64,000 nucleotides of DNA from Bdellovibrionales bacterium. GTDB lineage: Bacteria; Bdellovibrionota; Bdellovibrionia; Bdellovibrionales; UBA1609. The notes under the pieces are model-generated. The model did not search any database and was not told the DNA's origin. It saw nothing but the letters and a program-made list of their open reading frames with translations. The DNA lies in assembly GCA_965205945.1 (NCBI GenBank), contig CBDBIB010000003.1, positions 162,192-226,191 on the forward strand. Reading direction: 5' to 3'. This document shows, one piece after another, positions 1 to 8,320 of the stretch (within the stretch, counting starts at the first letter, position 1; every line of letters starts with the position of its first letter). The position numbers and the translations under genes were made by a program.

Positions 1-182
1 GATTTTTTTAAAATTATGAGAGAAAAATATTTTATAGAAAACCCTACCTTTAAGTTAAGGAAGATATATTTTTATTAGAATAGGTCGTTAGGTGTATTAA
101 AACATGGAAGAGGACTAAGGTTTTAGGGTGCGTTGATAAAATGTATAAATTTGTAAAGGGTTATAGTCGATAAAGAGGTTTT

Positions 183-827
183 GTGGATTTAGAAAGTGTT
201 AAGTATATAGATATTTCTCCTGAGATCAGTAGTGAGTTGAGTGTTTTTCCGGGGGATAAGAAATTTAAAAGAGATGTGGCTTATGATATGCAAAAGGGTG
301 ATCATATGACTTTGTCATCAATGGAGACGACTCTTCATATTGGGGCTCATGCAGATGGACCGTGTCATTATCAAAAAGATGGGGAAGGAATAGGGCAAAG
401 GTCTTTAGATTATTATATGGGATCTTGTCAGGTAATAGATTTAAGTCGTGCTGTAAGACATGGGGGAGTCGTTATAGTAGAAGATTTTAATAATTTTCTT
501 ATAGAAACTACAAGAATTTTAATTAAAACGAATACATATAATCATAATGTTTGGAGTTCTGATTTTGTAACTTTATCAAAAATACTTTTAAAGTTTTTAG
601 CTAAGAACGGGGTTAAACTTGTTGGGATAGATACGCCTTCAATTGATTCTGCTGATTCTAAGGATTTAGATTGTCATCAATTTATAGCCGATAAGAATAT
701 GGCTATTTTAGAAGGTCTTGATTTAGCTTGTGTAGAGCAAGGAAAATATCAACTTATAGCTCTTCCTTTAAAAATTAAGAATGCAGACGCTTCACCTGTA
801 AGAGCCGTGTTGCTACCATATAATTAA
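183..827 (+). CDS. kynB: kynurenine formamidase (cyclase family)
   Basis: 214-aa ORF with GTG start. Carries the cyclase-family metal motif HIGAHADGPCH (HxGxHxDxPxH pattern). kynA lies nearby. Confidence 0.8.
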   Translation: MDLESVKYIDISPEISSELSVFPGDKKFKRDVAYDMQKGDHMTLSSMETTLHIGAHADGPCHYQKDGEGIGQRSLDYYMGSCQVIDLSRAVRHGGVVIVEDFNNFLIETTRILIKTNTYNHNVWSSDFVTLSKILLKFLAKNGVKLVGIDTPSIDSADSKDLDCHQFIADKNMAILEGLDLACVEQGKYQLIALPLKIKNADASPVRAVLLPYN

Positions 828-828
828 A

Positions 829-1458
829 ATGAAAAGATTAAATCTAGAATTAAATCATAAGCTTTATGAGAAATTTACATGGCTGTATGAATGGATGTTT
901 AAGCCTTTTTTTATTGGTGCAATAAAGAAATCTATGAAAACAATTGATAAATTTTCTCCTGAAAACATCGTAGAAGTTGGTGTCGGAACAGGGTACTCGT
1001 TAGAGCACTATCCTAAGAACACTAATATCATAGGATTAGATATTTCAGATAAAATGGTGCAAGTATCTAGACGGCGTGCGATGAAAATAAAGAACAGGAA
1101 TATTAAAATTTATAATATCAAAAATTTTCCTAAAGGCAGTATAGAAAACTATGCCTCAATGGTAGTTTCATTTTCTGTGATCACAGTTGTTTCAAATCCT
1201 CAAAAACATATTAATGATCTAGAGTTGTATTGTAAACCGGGAGGGCACATTATAATAATTATGCACTCTAGAGGAAAGGGTTTAAGTGGGGTGTTTGATA
1301 GATTAATGGATTTTCCAATAAAACTCCTATTTGGATTTACATTGTTAAGAAATATCTTTGATTACGATTTAGAGAGGTTTGAGGTCATTGATATTTCTCC
1401 AGTTAGCTTTTTTTTATTTTATCCGTATAGTCATTTAATTTTACTTAAAAAGAAATAA
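829..1458 (+). CDS. class I SAM-dependent methyltransferase
   Basis: 209 aa. SAM-binding motif I VEVGVGTGYSLE followed by IIGLDISDKM. Starts 2 nt after the kynB stop. Confidence 0.7.
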   Translation: MKRLNLELNHKLYEKFTWLYEWMFKPFFIGAIKKSMKTIDKFSPENIVEVGVGTGYSLEHYPKNTNIIGLDISDKMVQVSRRRAMKIKNRNIKIYNIKNFPKGSIENYASMVVSFSVITVVSNPQKHINDLELYCKPGGHIIIIMHSRGKGLSGVFDRLMDFPIKLLFGFTLLRNIFDYDLERFEVIDISPVSFFLFYPYSHLILLKKK

Positions 1459-1538
1459 TCGTAGTGAAATAGCCTAAGATTATAACCAAAAAATATTCTT
1501 ATTTTTAGCTTTAAGGAAGGGTAAGAGGTATAGGTAAA

Positions 1539-2591
1539 TTATTTTAATTCAGGGGGTTTTAAAAGTTTACTTTCGTCAATAAAATATGTAGTGAGTTTAA
1601 AAAAGTCATTAAAAATTTTATGATTTCTTGCAGCCGATCTTAGATACTCTTCCCCTGAAGAGCCACCTGTGCCAACTTTATGGCCAAGCATTCGAAGTGC
1701 CATTTGTGCATGACGGTTTCGCCACTGGGTCATGTTTTCATCTAAATCTATAAGTTGCTCAATAAGTCTGTTAGCAGATTGAAGTTTTAGTTCATGTCGA
1801 TAAAGCTGGATAAATAAAGCAGCTTGAAGAGCTTCAAAAGATAAAGACCAGTCAGTATTTTTTGAAAACTTATCTTTATCCATGAATTGTCTAAAAGATT
1901 CTTTTGTCTCTTGAATACTTTTAAAACTTTTTTGCTTTTCATTTTCTAAAAGAGTAGAGTTATTTTTAATCAACCTTTCTTCTTGAAGAAACATTTTTTC
2001 TACGCTAGATTGGTATTCAAACCAAAAGTTATATCCTTTAGTTTTTAAGTAAGGTGTTCTTTCAAGCCATGCACCAACGCTTTTTAAAACGCAAGAGTTT
2101 GTTTCAGAGGCTATAACAGCAGGTTTTTCTTCTTCGTTTAAAAACGCATGATAAGGGCAGCCTCCATGAATTTTTCTTTGAGATTTACTAAGCCCAAGTT
2201 TGTTTTCTAAAAGTCTGAATTGAGCAGATTGAAATCCTGATGCAGGGTAGAGGTAGTTTCTAAACTCTAAAAATTCCATTGGAGTCATGGTTTCAAGAAT
2301 AGTTATTTGTGAAATAAGAACTTTAAAGATTTCATTTACTCTTCTCATTCTATGAACGGCCTTAGAAAGATTTTGATCACTAATAAGGTCTTTTTTAAAG
2401 ATTGTTAAAAAAGAATCAACTTCCCAGAGAATTTGTTTAAACCAAAGTTCATAGGTTTGATGAGTGATTATAAACAGCATTTCTTCATGTGCTGGTTTGT
2501 CTTGAAATTTTGTACTTTCAAGGTGTTGAGAGTTAAGAAGTGATTTTAGTCCTAAGTAATTGCTGTATTCTATAGGTTTTGTATTTTTCAT
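1539..2591 (-). CDS. kynA: tryptophan 2,3-dioxygenase
   Basis: 350 aa. TDO-family motifs ITHQTYELWFKQILWE and GHKVGTGGSSG. Confidence 0.85.
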   Translation of the reverse strand: MKNTKPIEYSNYLGLKSLLNSQHLESTKFQDKPAHEEMLFIITHQTYELWFKQILWEVDSFLTIFKKDLISDQNLSKAVHRMRRVNEIFKVLISQITILETMTPMEFLEFRNYLYPASGFQSAQFRLLENKLGLSKSQRKIHGGCPYHAFLNEEEKPAVIASETNSCVLKSVGAWLERTPYLKTKGYNFWFEYQSSVEKMFLQEERLIKNNSTLLENEKQKSFKSIQETKESFRQFMDKDKFSKNTDWSLSFEALQAALFIQLYRHELKLQSANRLIEQLIDLDENMTQWRNRHAQMALRMLGHKVGTGGSSGEEYLRSAARNHKIFNDFFKLTTYFIDESKLLKPPELK

Positions 2592-3613
2592 GAAGAGTCC
2601 TTATTTGTTAGATCTGTTAGTTTCTTTACAAAAGTATCGATTTCTTTTTTAGTGGTGTTAAAGTTTGTCATAAGGCGTACCTCAAAGGTGTGTTCATCCC
2701 AGACATAAAAGAACATGATCTTTCTAAGCTCTTTTATATAATTTTTTTTTAAGTTTATAAAAACAGAGTTTGATTCAACAGGATAGTTGGGTTTTAGATT
2801 TGTTTTAAGTTGAATCTGTTCTTTAAGATACTTTGCCATAGAACAAGATTTTTCTGCGATTTTTAAATATAGGTTATCTTTAAAGAATTCAATAAATTGA
2901 GCTGCTAAAAATCTGGTTTTAGAGGGAAGCTGCATAGATTGTTTTCGAATGAATTTAAAATTTTGACAAAGATTTTTTTTGATCAAAACAAGTTCTGAAC
3001 CCAAAAGACCATTTTTTGTTCCCCCAAAACTAACAGCATCAACATCTTTCATGATTTTTTTAAAGGGTATGTTTAATGAAAAAGATGCGTTTGAAAATCT
3101 TGCACCATCAATATGAAGAAATAAATTATTTTTTTTACAAAATAACTTAATATTTTCTAATTCTTTTTTTGAATAACAGGTACCAAGTTCTGTGGGCTGA
3201 GTGATGGAAAGGGCCTTTATTTGGCTATAGTGTTGATCTCCTAAACGGATTATCTTTTTAGCAGCATCTAGAAGACAGATTTTTCCATCATTGTGCTTTG
3301 TAAGGATAAGCTTTGCACCAATTTGAAATTCTGGAGAACCACATTCGTCAAGATTTAGATGAGAAATTTGAGAGCATAAGATTGAATTGTGACTTTGTAC
3401 TAAGGTCTTTAAGGATAAAACATTAGCTGCAGTGCCATTAAAACAATGAAACCAGTTCCACTCATCACCAAAAATTTTTTTAATAGTGGAGTCAAGCTCT
3501 TTACTCAAAGAGTCTGCTCCATAAGCGGCTTCATGACCTTTATTTACACGGACAATAGCATTCATGATTTGTGGATGAACTCCTGCGTGGTTATCACTGC
3601 CTAGACTTTTCAT
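2588..3613 (-). CDS. PLP-dependent threonine aldolase family protein
   Basis: 341 aa. Motifs SDNHAGVHP, FNGTAANV, LHIDGARFSNA and the PLP-lysine motif SFGGTKNG. 4-nt overlap with the kynA start. Confidence 0.75.
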   Translation of the reverse strand: MKSLGSDNHAGVHPQIMNAIVRVNKGHEAAYGADSLSKELDSTIKKIFGDEWNWFHCFNGTAANVLSLKTLVQSHNSILCSQISHLNLDECGSPEFQIGAKLILTKHNDGKICLLDAAKKIIRLGDQHYSQIKALSITQPTELGTCYSKKELENIKLFCKKNNLFLHIDGARFSNASFSLNIPFKKIMKDVDAVSFGGTKNGLLGSELVLIKKNLCQNFKFIRKQSMQLPSKTRFLAAQFIEFFKDNLYLKIAEKSCSMAKYLKEQIQLKTNLKPNYPVESNSVFINLKKNYIKELRKIMFFYVWDEHTFEVRLMTNFNTTKKEIDTFVKKLTDLTNKDSS

Positions 3614-4536
3614 GCTTTTAACTCTAAGAATCTATAAGTGATGAGTGCAGCTAGGCGAGAGGTGAGCTCAGTATGGTCAAGAGGTGGGGAAACTTCATAA
3701 ATTCCAAGAAGTTTAACGTTAAAGTTAATAATTAAGTAATTAAACATTTTAAAAAAACTATTTATATCAAAACCTGTGGGCCAAGATTGACTGCAACCAG
3801 GTGCAAAAGCAGATGAAAAACCGTCGATATCAACAGAGATATAACAATCTTTTTTTTCTTTTGGGAGAGAGTTTTTAAAATATGAAAAATTAAAAGAGTG
3901 ATCAGGGTAAAGATCATTATAGTGTAGAGTTTTTATGTTTTCTTTAGAATCGGCGAAATCAAATAGATTTTTAGAGTTACACTGTTTTTGAATACCGACC
4001 TCATAAAGATCAAAGGAGCTGCCAAACTCTTTAAGAAGTCTAAAAAAAGGTGTTCCACTTGAAATGCCCCTGTCTAAATTTCTTAAATCAAAATGTGCAT
4101 CAAAGTTAACAATCAACGGCTTAGGAGAGTTAGAGTTTTTTAAAAAAGCTGAGCCGTCAGCATAGGCATAGTCATGACCTCCTCCAAAAGAGATACAGGT
4201 TTTATTGTTTAAGAGCTCTTTTTCAACCTTTCTTAAAGCATAAATATGCCGTTGTTTAAGGCTTGAGCTTTTAAAAGAAAGGTTTCCAAAATCTTTAATT
4301 GATATTTTATTTATTTTTTTTGATGGAGTCATTTTGTATAAAGAAGCTCTGATAGAGTCGGGTCCAAGGGCAGCCCCAACTTTTCCTCCATTATTTAAAA
4401 TCCCTTCATCATCAGGGTAGCCAAAAATAGAAAAGTTGTGATCCTCATTTTTTTTAATAAGAGATTGTAAAGTAAGATCATCTTTTAAGTTTTGATTAAA
4501 AGAGTAAGGAATAAATGAGCAACTAGACATGATCAA
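3610..4536 (-). CDS. arginase/ureohydrolase family protein, formimidoylglutamase-like
   Basis: 308 aa. Mn-site motifs GGGHDYAYA, NFDAHFDLR and SVDIDGFSSAFAPG. 4-nt overlap with the downstream aldolase gene. Confidence 0.7.
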   Translation of the reverse strand: MIMSSCSFIPYSFNQNLKDDLTLQSLIKKNEDHNFSIFGYPDDEGILNNGGKVGAALGPDSIRASLYKMTPSKKINKISIKDFGNLSFKSSSLKQRHIYALRKVEKELLNNKTCISFGGGHDYAYADGSAFLKNSNSPKPLIVNFDAHFDLRNLDRGISSGTPFFRLLKEFGSSFDLYEVGIQKQCNSKNLFDFADSKENIKTLHYNDLYPDHSFNFSYFKNSLPKEKKDCYISVDIDGFSSAFAPGCSQSWPTGFDINSFFKMFNYLIINFNVKLLGIYEVSPPLDHTELTSRLAALITYRFLELKA

Positions 4537-4780
4537 ACTTTTTAAATTTCTTAGTGATAGTTGTAGTGAGGTAATTTGCTATCTTATAATGTAGTGGAGG
4601 AGCAAATAAAGCACTTATAGTATTCCCTATTTTTTTAGCAATCATAAAAACAGCTATAAAATCTGTATTAGTTAATGCTATAGGGCCGTTTTGTTTAGTG
4701 GAGTCTACGGGAATAATTAGGGTTTGCTTAGTTTTTAAATATTTTTTGATTTTAATCCAAGTAGTTTTTGCTAACTTCAT
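4523..4780 (-). pseudogene. creatininase-family N-terminal remnant (truncated, catalytic residues lost)
   Basis: 85 aa. TLIIPVDSTKQNGPIALTNTDFIA aligns by eye to the creatininase pattern vilPvGstEQHGpHLPlgtD, but with E to K and H to N changes. The ORF is about one third of family length. Confidence 0.4.
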
Positions 4781-4862
4781 ACATTATAGCCTTTCTTAAT
4801 TGGGTTTCATCTGTTAGTTTCTTTTTTAAATAAGGTTATAAATTTATTATCAGGAGGTTTCA

Positions 4863-5444
4863 ATGGCTTTTCAATTACCAGAATTACCATATTCAAAAGA
4901 CGCTTTAGCGCCGCATATTTCAGCAGAAACTTTAGAGTATCATTACGGCAAACATCATGCTGGTTATGTTGCTAAGCTTAATGCCGCTGTTCAGGGAACT
5001 GGCTATGCTGAAATGACTTTAGAAGAAGTGATTAAAAAATCTTCAGGAGGGCTTTTTAACAATGCAGCTCAGGTTTGGAATCATACTTTTTACTGGAATT
5101 CACTTTCTCCAAATGGTGGAGGTGAGCCTACAGGTGAGCTTGCTCAAACTATTACTGATGCTTTTGGAAGTTTTAACGAGTTTAAAGAGAAGTTTTCTAC
5201 TGCCGCTGCAGGTCAATTTGGTTCTGGTTGGGCTTGGCTTGTTAAAAGTGAGGCTGGAGGGTTTGAGGTTATGACTTTTAAAGATGCTCAAACTCCCTTA
5301 ACAAAAAATGTTACCCCTCTTTTTACTTGCGATGTGTGGGAGCATGCTTATTATATTGACTATAGGAATGCTCGCCCCAAATATATTGAGAGTTTTTGGA
5401 ATCTAGTAAATTGGGATTTTGTTGAAGCTAATCTTAAAAAGTAG
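4863..5444 (+). CDS. sodB: Fe/Mn superoxide dismutase
   Basis: 193 aa. MAFQLPELPYSKDALAPHISAETLEYHYGKHH and DVWEHAYYIDY. AGGAGG RBS upstream. Confidence 0.92.
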   Translation: MAFQLPELPYSKDALAPHISAETLEYHYGKHHAGYVAKLNAAVQGTGYAEMTLEEVIKKSSGGLFNNAAQVWNHTFYWNSLSPNGGGEPTGELAQTITDAFGSFNEFKEKFSTAAAGQFGSGWAWLVKSEAGGFEVMTFKDAQTPLTKNVTPLFTCDVWEHAYYIDYRNARPKYIESFWNLVNWDFVEANLKK

Positions 5445-5456
5445 TTAAGGGTTTAA

Positions 5457-6389
5457 ATGACTACATTTAAAATTATAATTATTAGTGTTGCGCTTGTTTT
5501 TGTAAGCGCATTTTTTTTATTGATCACATTTTTATTTAAAAAACTTAATAATCAAGACCAAAGACTTCTTAAACTCTTAGACAATACACAGCCTGTGGGT
5601 TCTTCTTTAATGCTTTTTTCTAAAGAACTTGGAGAGATAAAAGAAGCTACAAGAAATGTTGAAATTTTAAAAGAAAATATTTTTAAATCTTTTAAAGAGC
5701 AGGATACACGTTTAAAACCTATTGATGAAGGAATGACTCATCTTCTAGATTATTTTGGGACATTAAAGAAAAATGCTGGAAAAGTTGGGGAATTAACGTT
5801 TGATCTTTTAGTGGAACAACTTCCTCCAGGAAAACTTTTAAAAGATATAACTTTTAACAATCAAGCACGGCTTGAATTTTTAATTGAAGCGGGTGGAGAG
5901 TGGGTACCTGTAGATTCCAAATTTTCTAAAAATCCAAAGATATATTTTAAAAAAGCAGTTGAAGATGTTTCTTCAAAATATTTAGGAAAAAGAATTTTAG
6001 GAATTAAGGAGAATCCTTCAGCTATTGAAACTTCTAATATTGAGTCAGCAAGTTTTGGATTGGTGTTTTTCCCATCTGATGAAGCTTTATTTGAGGTGTA
6101 TAGGTCAGATGAACTTAGGCAGCTTATGATTGATAAAAGAGTATGGGCTGTTTCACCTTCAAATTTTTACTGGCAGCTTTTTTATTTTAAATGGATGGAG
6201 GGGCAGGCAAATACTGCTCAAAATTCTTCAGCTATACTTAGATCAATGAACATGGGTTTAATGGAAGTGAATAAGGCTGTGGAAGCTTTAGATTTAGTAG
6301 AAAAACAACTTAGACAGAGTCTTATTAATTTTGAAAAATCTAAGAAAGCATTGTCTAAAGTAAATGAATTTTTTAGTAAAGATTTGTAA
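5457..6389 (+). CDS. rmuC: DNA recombination protein RmuC-like
   Basis: 310 aa. N-terminal TM helix and coiled coil. GKVGELTFDLLVEQL and VPVDSKFS resemble the RmuC nuclease core (GxWGE...IDSK). Shorter than typical RmuC. Confidence 0.6.
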   Translation: MTTFKIIIISVALVFVSAFFLLITFLFKKLNNQDQRLLKLLDNTQPVGSSLMLFSKELGEIKEATRNVEILKENIFKSFKEQDTRLKPIDEGMTHLLDYFGTLKKNAGKVGELTFDLLVEQLPPGKLLKDITFNNQARLEFLIEAGGEWVPVDSKFSKNPKIYFKKAVEDVSSKYLGKRILGIKENPSAIETSNIESASFGLVFFPSDEALFEVYRSDELRQLMIDKRVWAVSPSNFYWQLFYFKWMEGQANTAQNSSAILRSMNMGLMEVNKAVEALDLVEKQLRQSLINFEKSKKALSKVNEFFSKDL

Positions 6390-6587
6390 AATAGAAAATA
6401 TCTAAGATTAATAATTAAAAAAATAAATTTAAAAAATCTTCTAGTTTAACTTTTTTAAGTTAAATTTTATCGAATAATAAAGAAGGTAAAATTTCAGTGT
6501 TGTTGCACATGAGAGCTTAACCTAAGATTAAAGATTTAAAAAAACACTCCCTACCCATTCTAAAATAAATGTAAGCGCCCTAAACTG

Positions 6588-6606
6588 CTGACTTTTACCC
6601 ACAAAT
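6588..6606. repeat. IS left terminal inverted repeat
   Basis: CTGACTTTTACCCACAAAT. Exact reverse complement at 8064-8082. Confidence 0.9.
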
Positions 6607-8015
6607 CATAAGTTATTACCTGTTTTAATATCATTAAATTTTATCATCGCCCTCCACAGAACTTGTTGGCCTGGAGGTGGGCCAGAGTTCCTTGCTAAAT
6701 AACCTCCTAGTCTTGCAAACGATTTTACAAATTTTGCCAAGCTATCATTTGCTCCTAATAACCTGCCTGACTGCTCTTCTAATTTTGATAACAAAACTTG
6801 TTCCTCTTTTGTAAAACAGTGATCTGCATTTACTTCGCAATCAACTCTAGAAATCCTTGAAATCCAAAATATTCGCCAAGCTAAAACACTCCTAAACGCT
6901 ACATACTTTTTGATCCTCTCTAAACTCCTTAAACGACTTTTCTCTACACTAAAACCTGATTTTAACGCCTTAAAATACACTTTTATATTCCAACGAAGTT
7001 TATACCAGTTCACTTTCTCTATAGCCTCTTCAAAATTTGTTATTGGGATATTTGTTAAGAGTTTCTAATCAACTTGATCCTCTCGCTTAGGGCCATCTTC
7101 TTTTGCAGATACAACATAGACCTCAACGGGGGGATAATCTTTACTCCTATGTGGAGAAGGCAGGACTGTAACTTTATAGAAGCGAATCTTTACTTTCGCA
7201 GTTCTTGCCTCTCTTTTATGAGTCTTAGGCAGATTGAGATTGTAACTGCCTACAGGAGCTGTTTTCGGGATATTATCATAAATCTTTATTTTCTTCCTTG
7301 ATGTACACCTATCATAAACTCCACGAATTAAAAAGTTTGTACCAAAACTGATACAATTAAAAAATAACTCATACATATCCCCGCACCTCGGTCACAAATG
7401 TGCACTTGCTTTTCAGCTTGAAATTCAGCAACAACTAAGTTCACCCCCCTCAATCCAACTAAAACTTTCTTTTTCTTGAACAGGGACTCTGGTAAAGTTC
7501 TTTCCAGCTTTTCTTATTTTTCTTCTGTTTTTAGAATCACGAGACCACATTTTTTGATTCACTAAACCTAAAGGAACTCCCGTTTTACTTAATAGAGCAA
7601 GAGATGAATGTATCATTAAACCTGGTGTATCGTACTCTTTACCATTTCGATGATCTATGTAGGACCCTAAGTATCCTGCGTTGCCTTAAAAGACTTTATT
7701 TTTTGAGAAAGTTATTTCACTTAAGTCATGTAAAATTAAAGACATATCATTTTCATCTAGAGCATTCATTCTGTTGAGCGTTTGTTTTATGTGAGGTTTG
7801 AGAATTTCTTCAGCCTGAAAGTTGTCATTATCAAAGAATCTATAAGCCGCCTTAGAAGATTTCCAATCTTGGCATGAAAAAGAGATAGACTCACCATTAT
7901 TTTTACTCAAAGCCTCAGCAAGGTATTCAAGTCTGTGGTTAAGTCGTTTATCACCAAGTTGAGCATTTTTAAATTCATTTTTAATATTCACAAAAACTCC
8001 AATTCTTAAAATCAA
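6606..8015 (-). pseudogene. IS4-family transposase, multiple frameshifts
   Basis: Four consecutive minus-strand ORFs (7686-8015, 7425-7616, 7065-7376, 6606-7013) in different frames. The N-terminal piece LGDKRLNHRLEYLAEAL...AAYRFFDN resembles the Tn5 Tnp N-terminal domain (LGDPRRTARLVNVAAQL...GAYRFIRN). Confidence 0.8.
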
Positions 8016-8063
8016 TTTGGAGTTTAATATTATTTTGATTTTAAAATTATAAAACCTAGACCT

Positions 8064-8082
8064 ATTTGTGGGTAAAAGTCAG
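8064..8082. repeat. IS right terminal inverted repeat
   Basis: ATTTGTGGGTAAAAGTCAG. Exact reverse complement of 6588-6606. Confidence 0.9.
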
Positions 8083-8090
8083 GGTTTTAG

Positions 8091-8234
8091 ATCGCTTACA
8101 TCAGTATGAGCTTAAGTGCTGACGGCAACACTTTGGCTGTGGGGGCATTTTATGAAGGCAGTAATGAAACAGGTATTGGTGGTGATCAAAGTAATGATTT
8201 AGTCTCTGAGTCAGGTGCGGTTTATTTGTATTAA
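8091..8234 (+). pseudogene. orphan 3' fragment of a repeat-containing surface protein gene
   Basis: Open frame with no start codon, reading ISMSLSADGNTLAVGAFYEGSNETGIGGDQSNDLVSESGAVYLY then stop. The SADGNTLAVGA...SGAVYLY unit is typical of FG-GAP-like beta-propeller repeats. It begins at the IS boundary. Confidence 0.45.
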
Positions 8235-8320
8235 CCGAGCCTGTAAAAGCTCCCCTAATTAAAGTAAAACTCTCATATGAATTACCACATACAAGAGGGA
8301 GCCTGCAAAGAGTCTGTAAT

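Larger units (their letters stand above)
6588..8082 (-). mobile_element. IS4-family (IS50/Tn5-like) insertion sequence, decayed
   Basis: Perfect 19-bp terminal inverted repeats CTGACTTTTACCCACAAAT (6588-6606, reverse complement at 8064-8082) match the Tn5 outside end CTGACTCTTATACACAAGT at 15/19. The interior encodes Tn5-like transposase pieces in several frames. Confidence 0.8.

Noticed and set aside
5114-5124. TGGTGGAGGTG in sodB resembling the ssrA 3' terminus (TGGTGGAGGCG) as a possible distal att copy
   Set aside because: It lies in the middle of a conserved coding sequence 47 kb away and matches at only 10 of 11 positions. This is coincidence.
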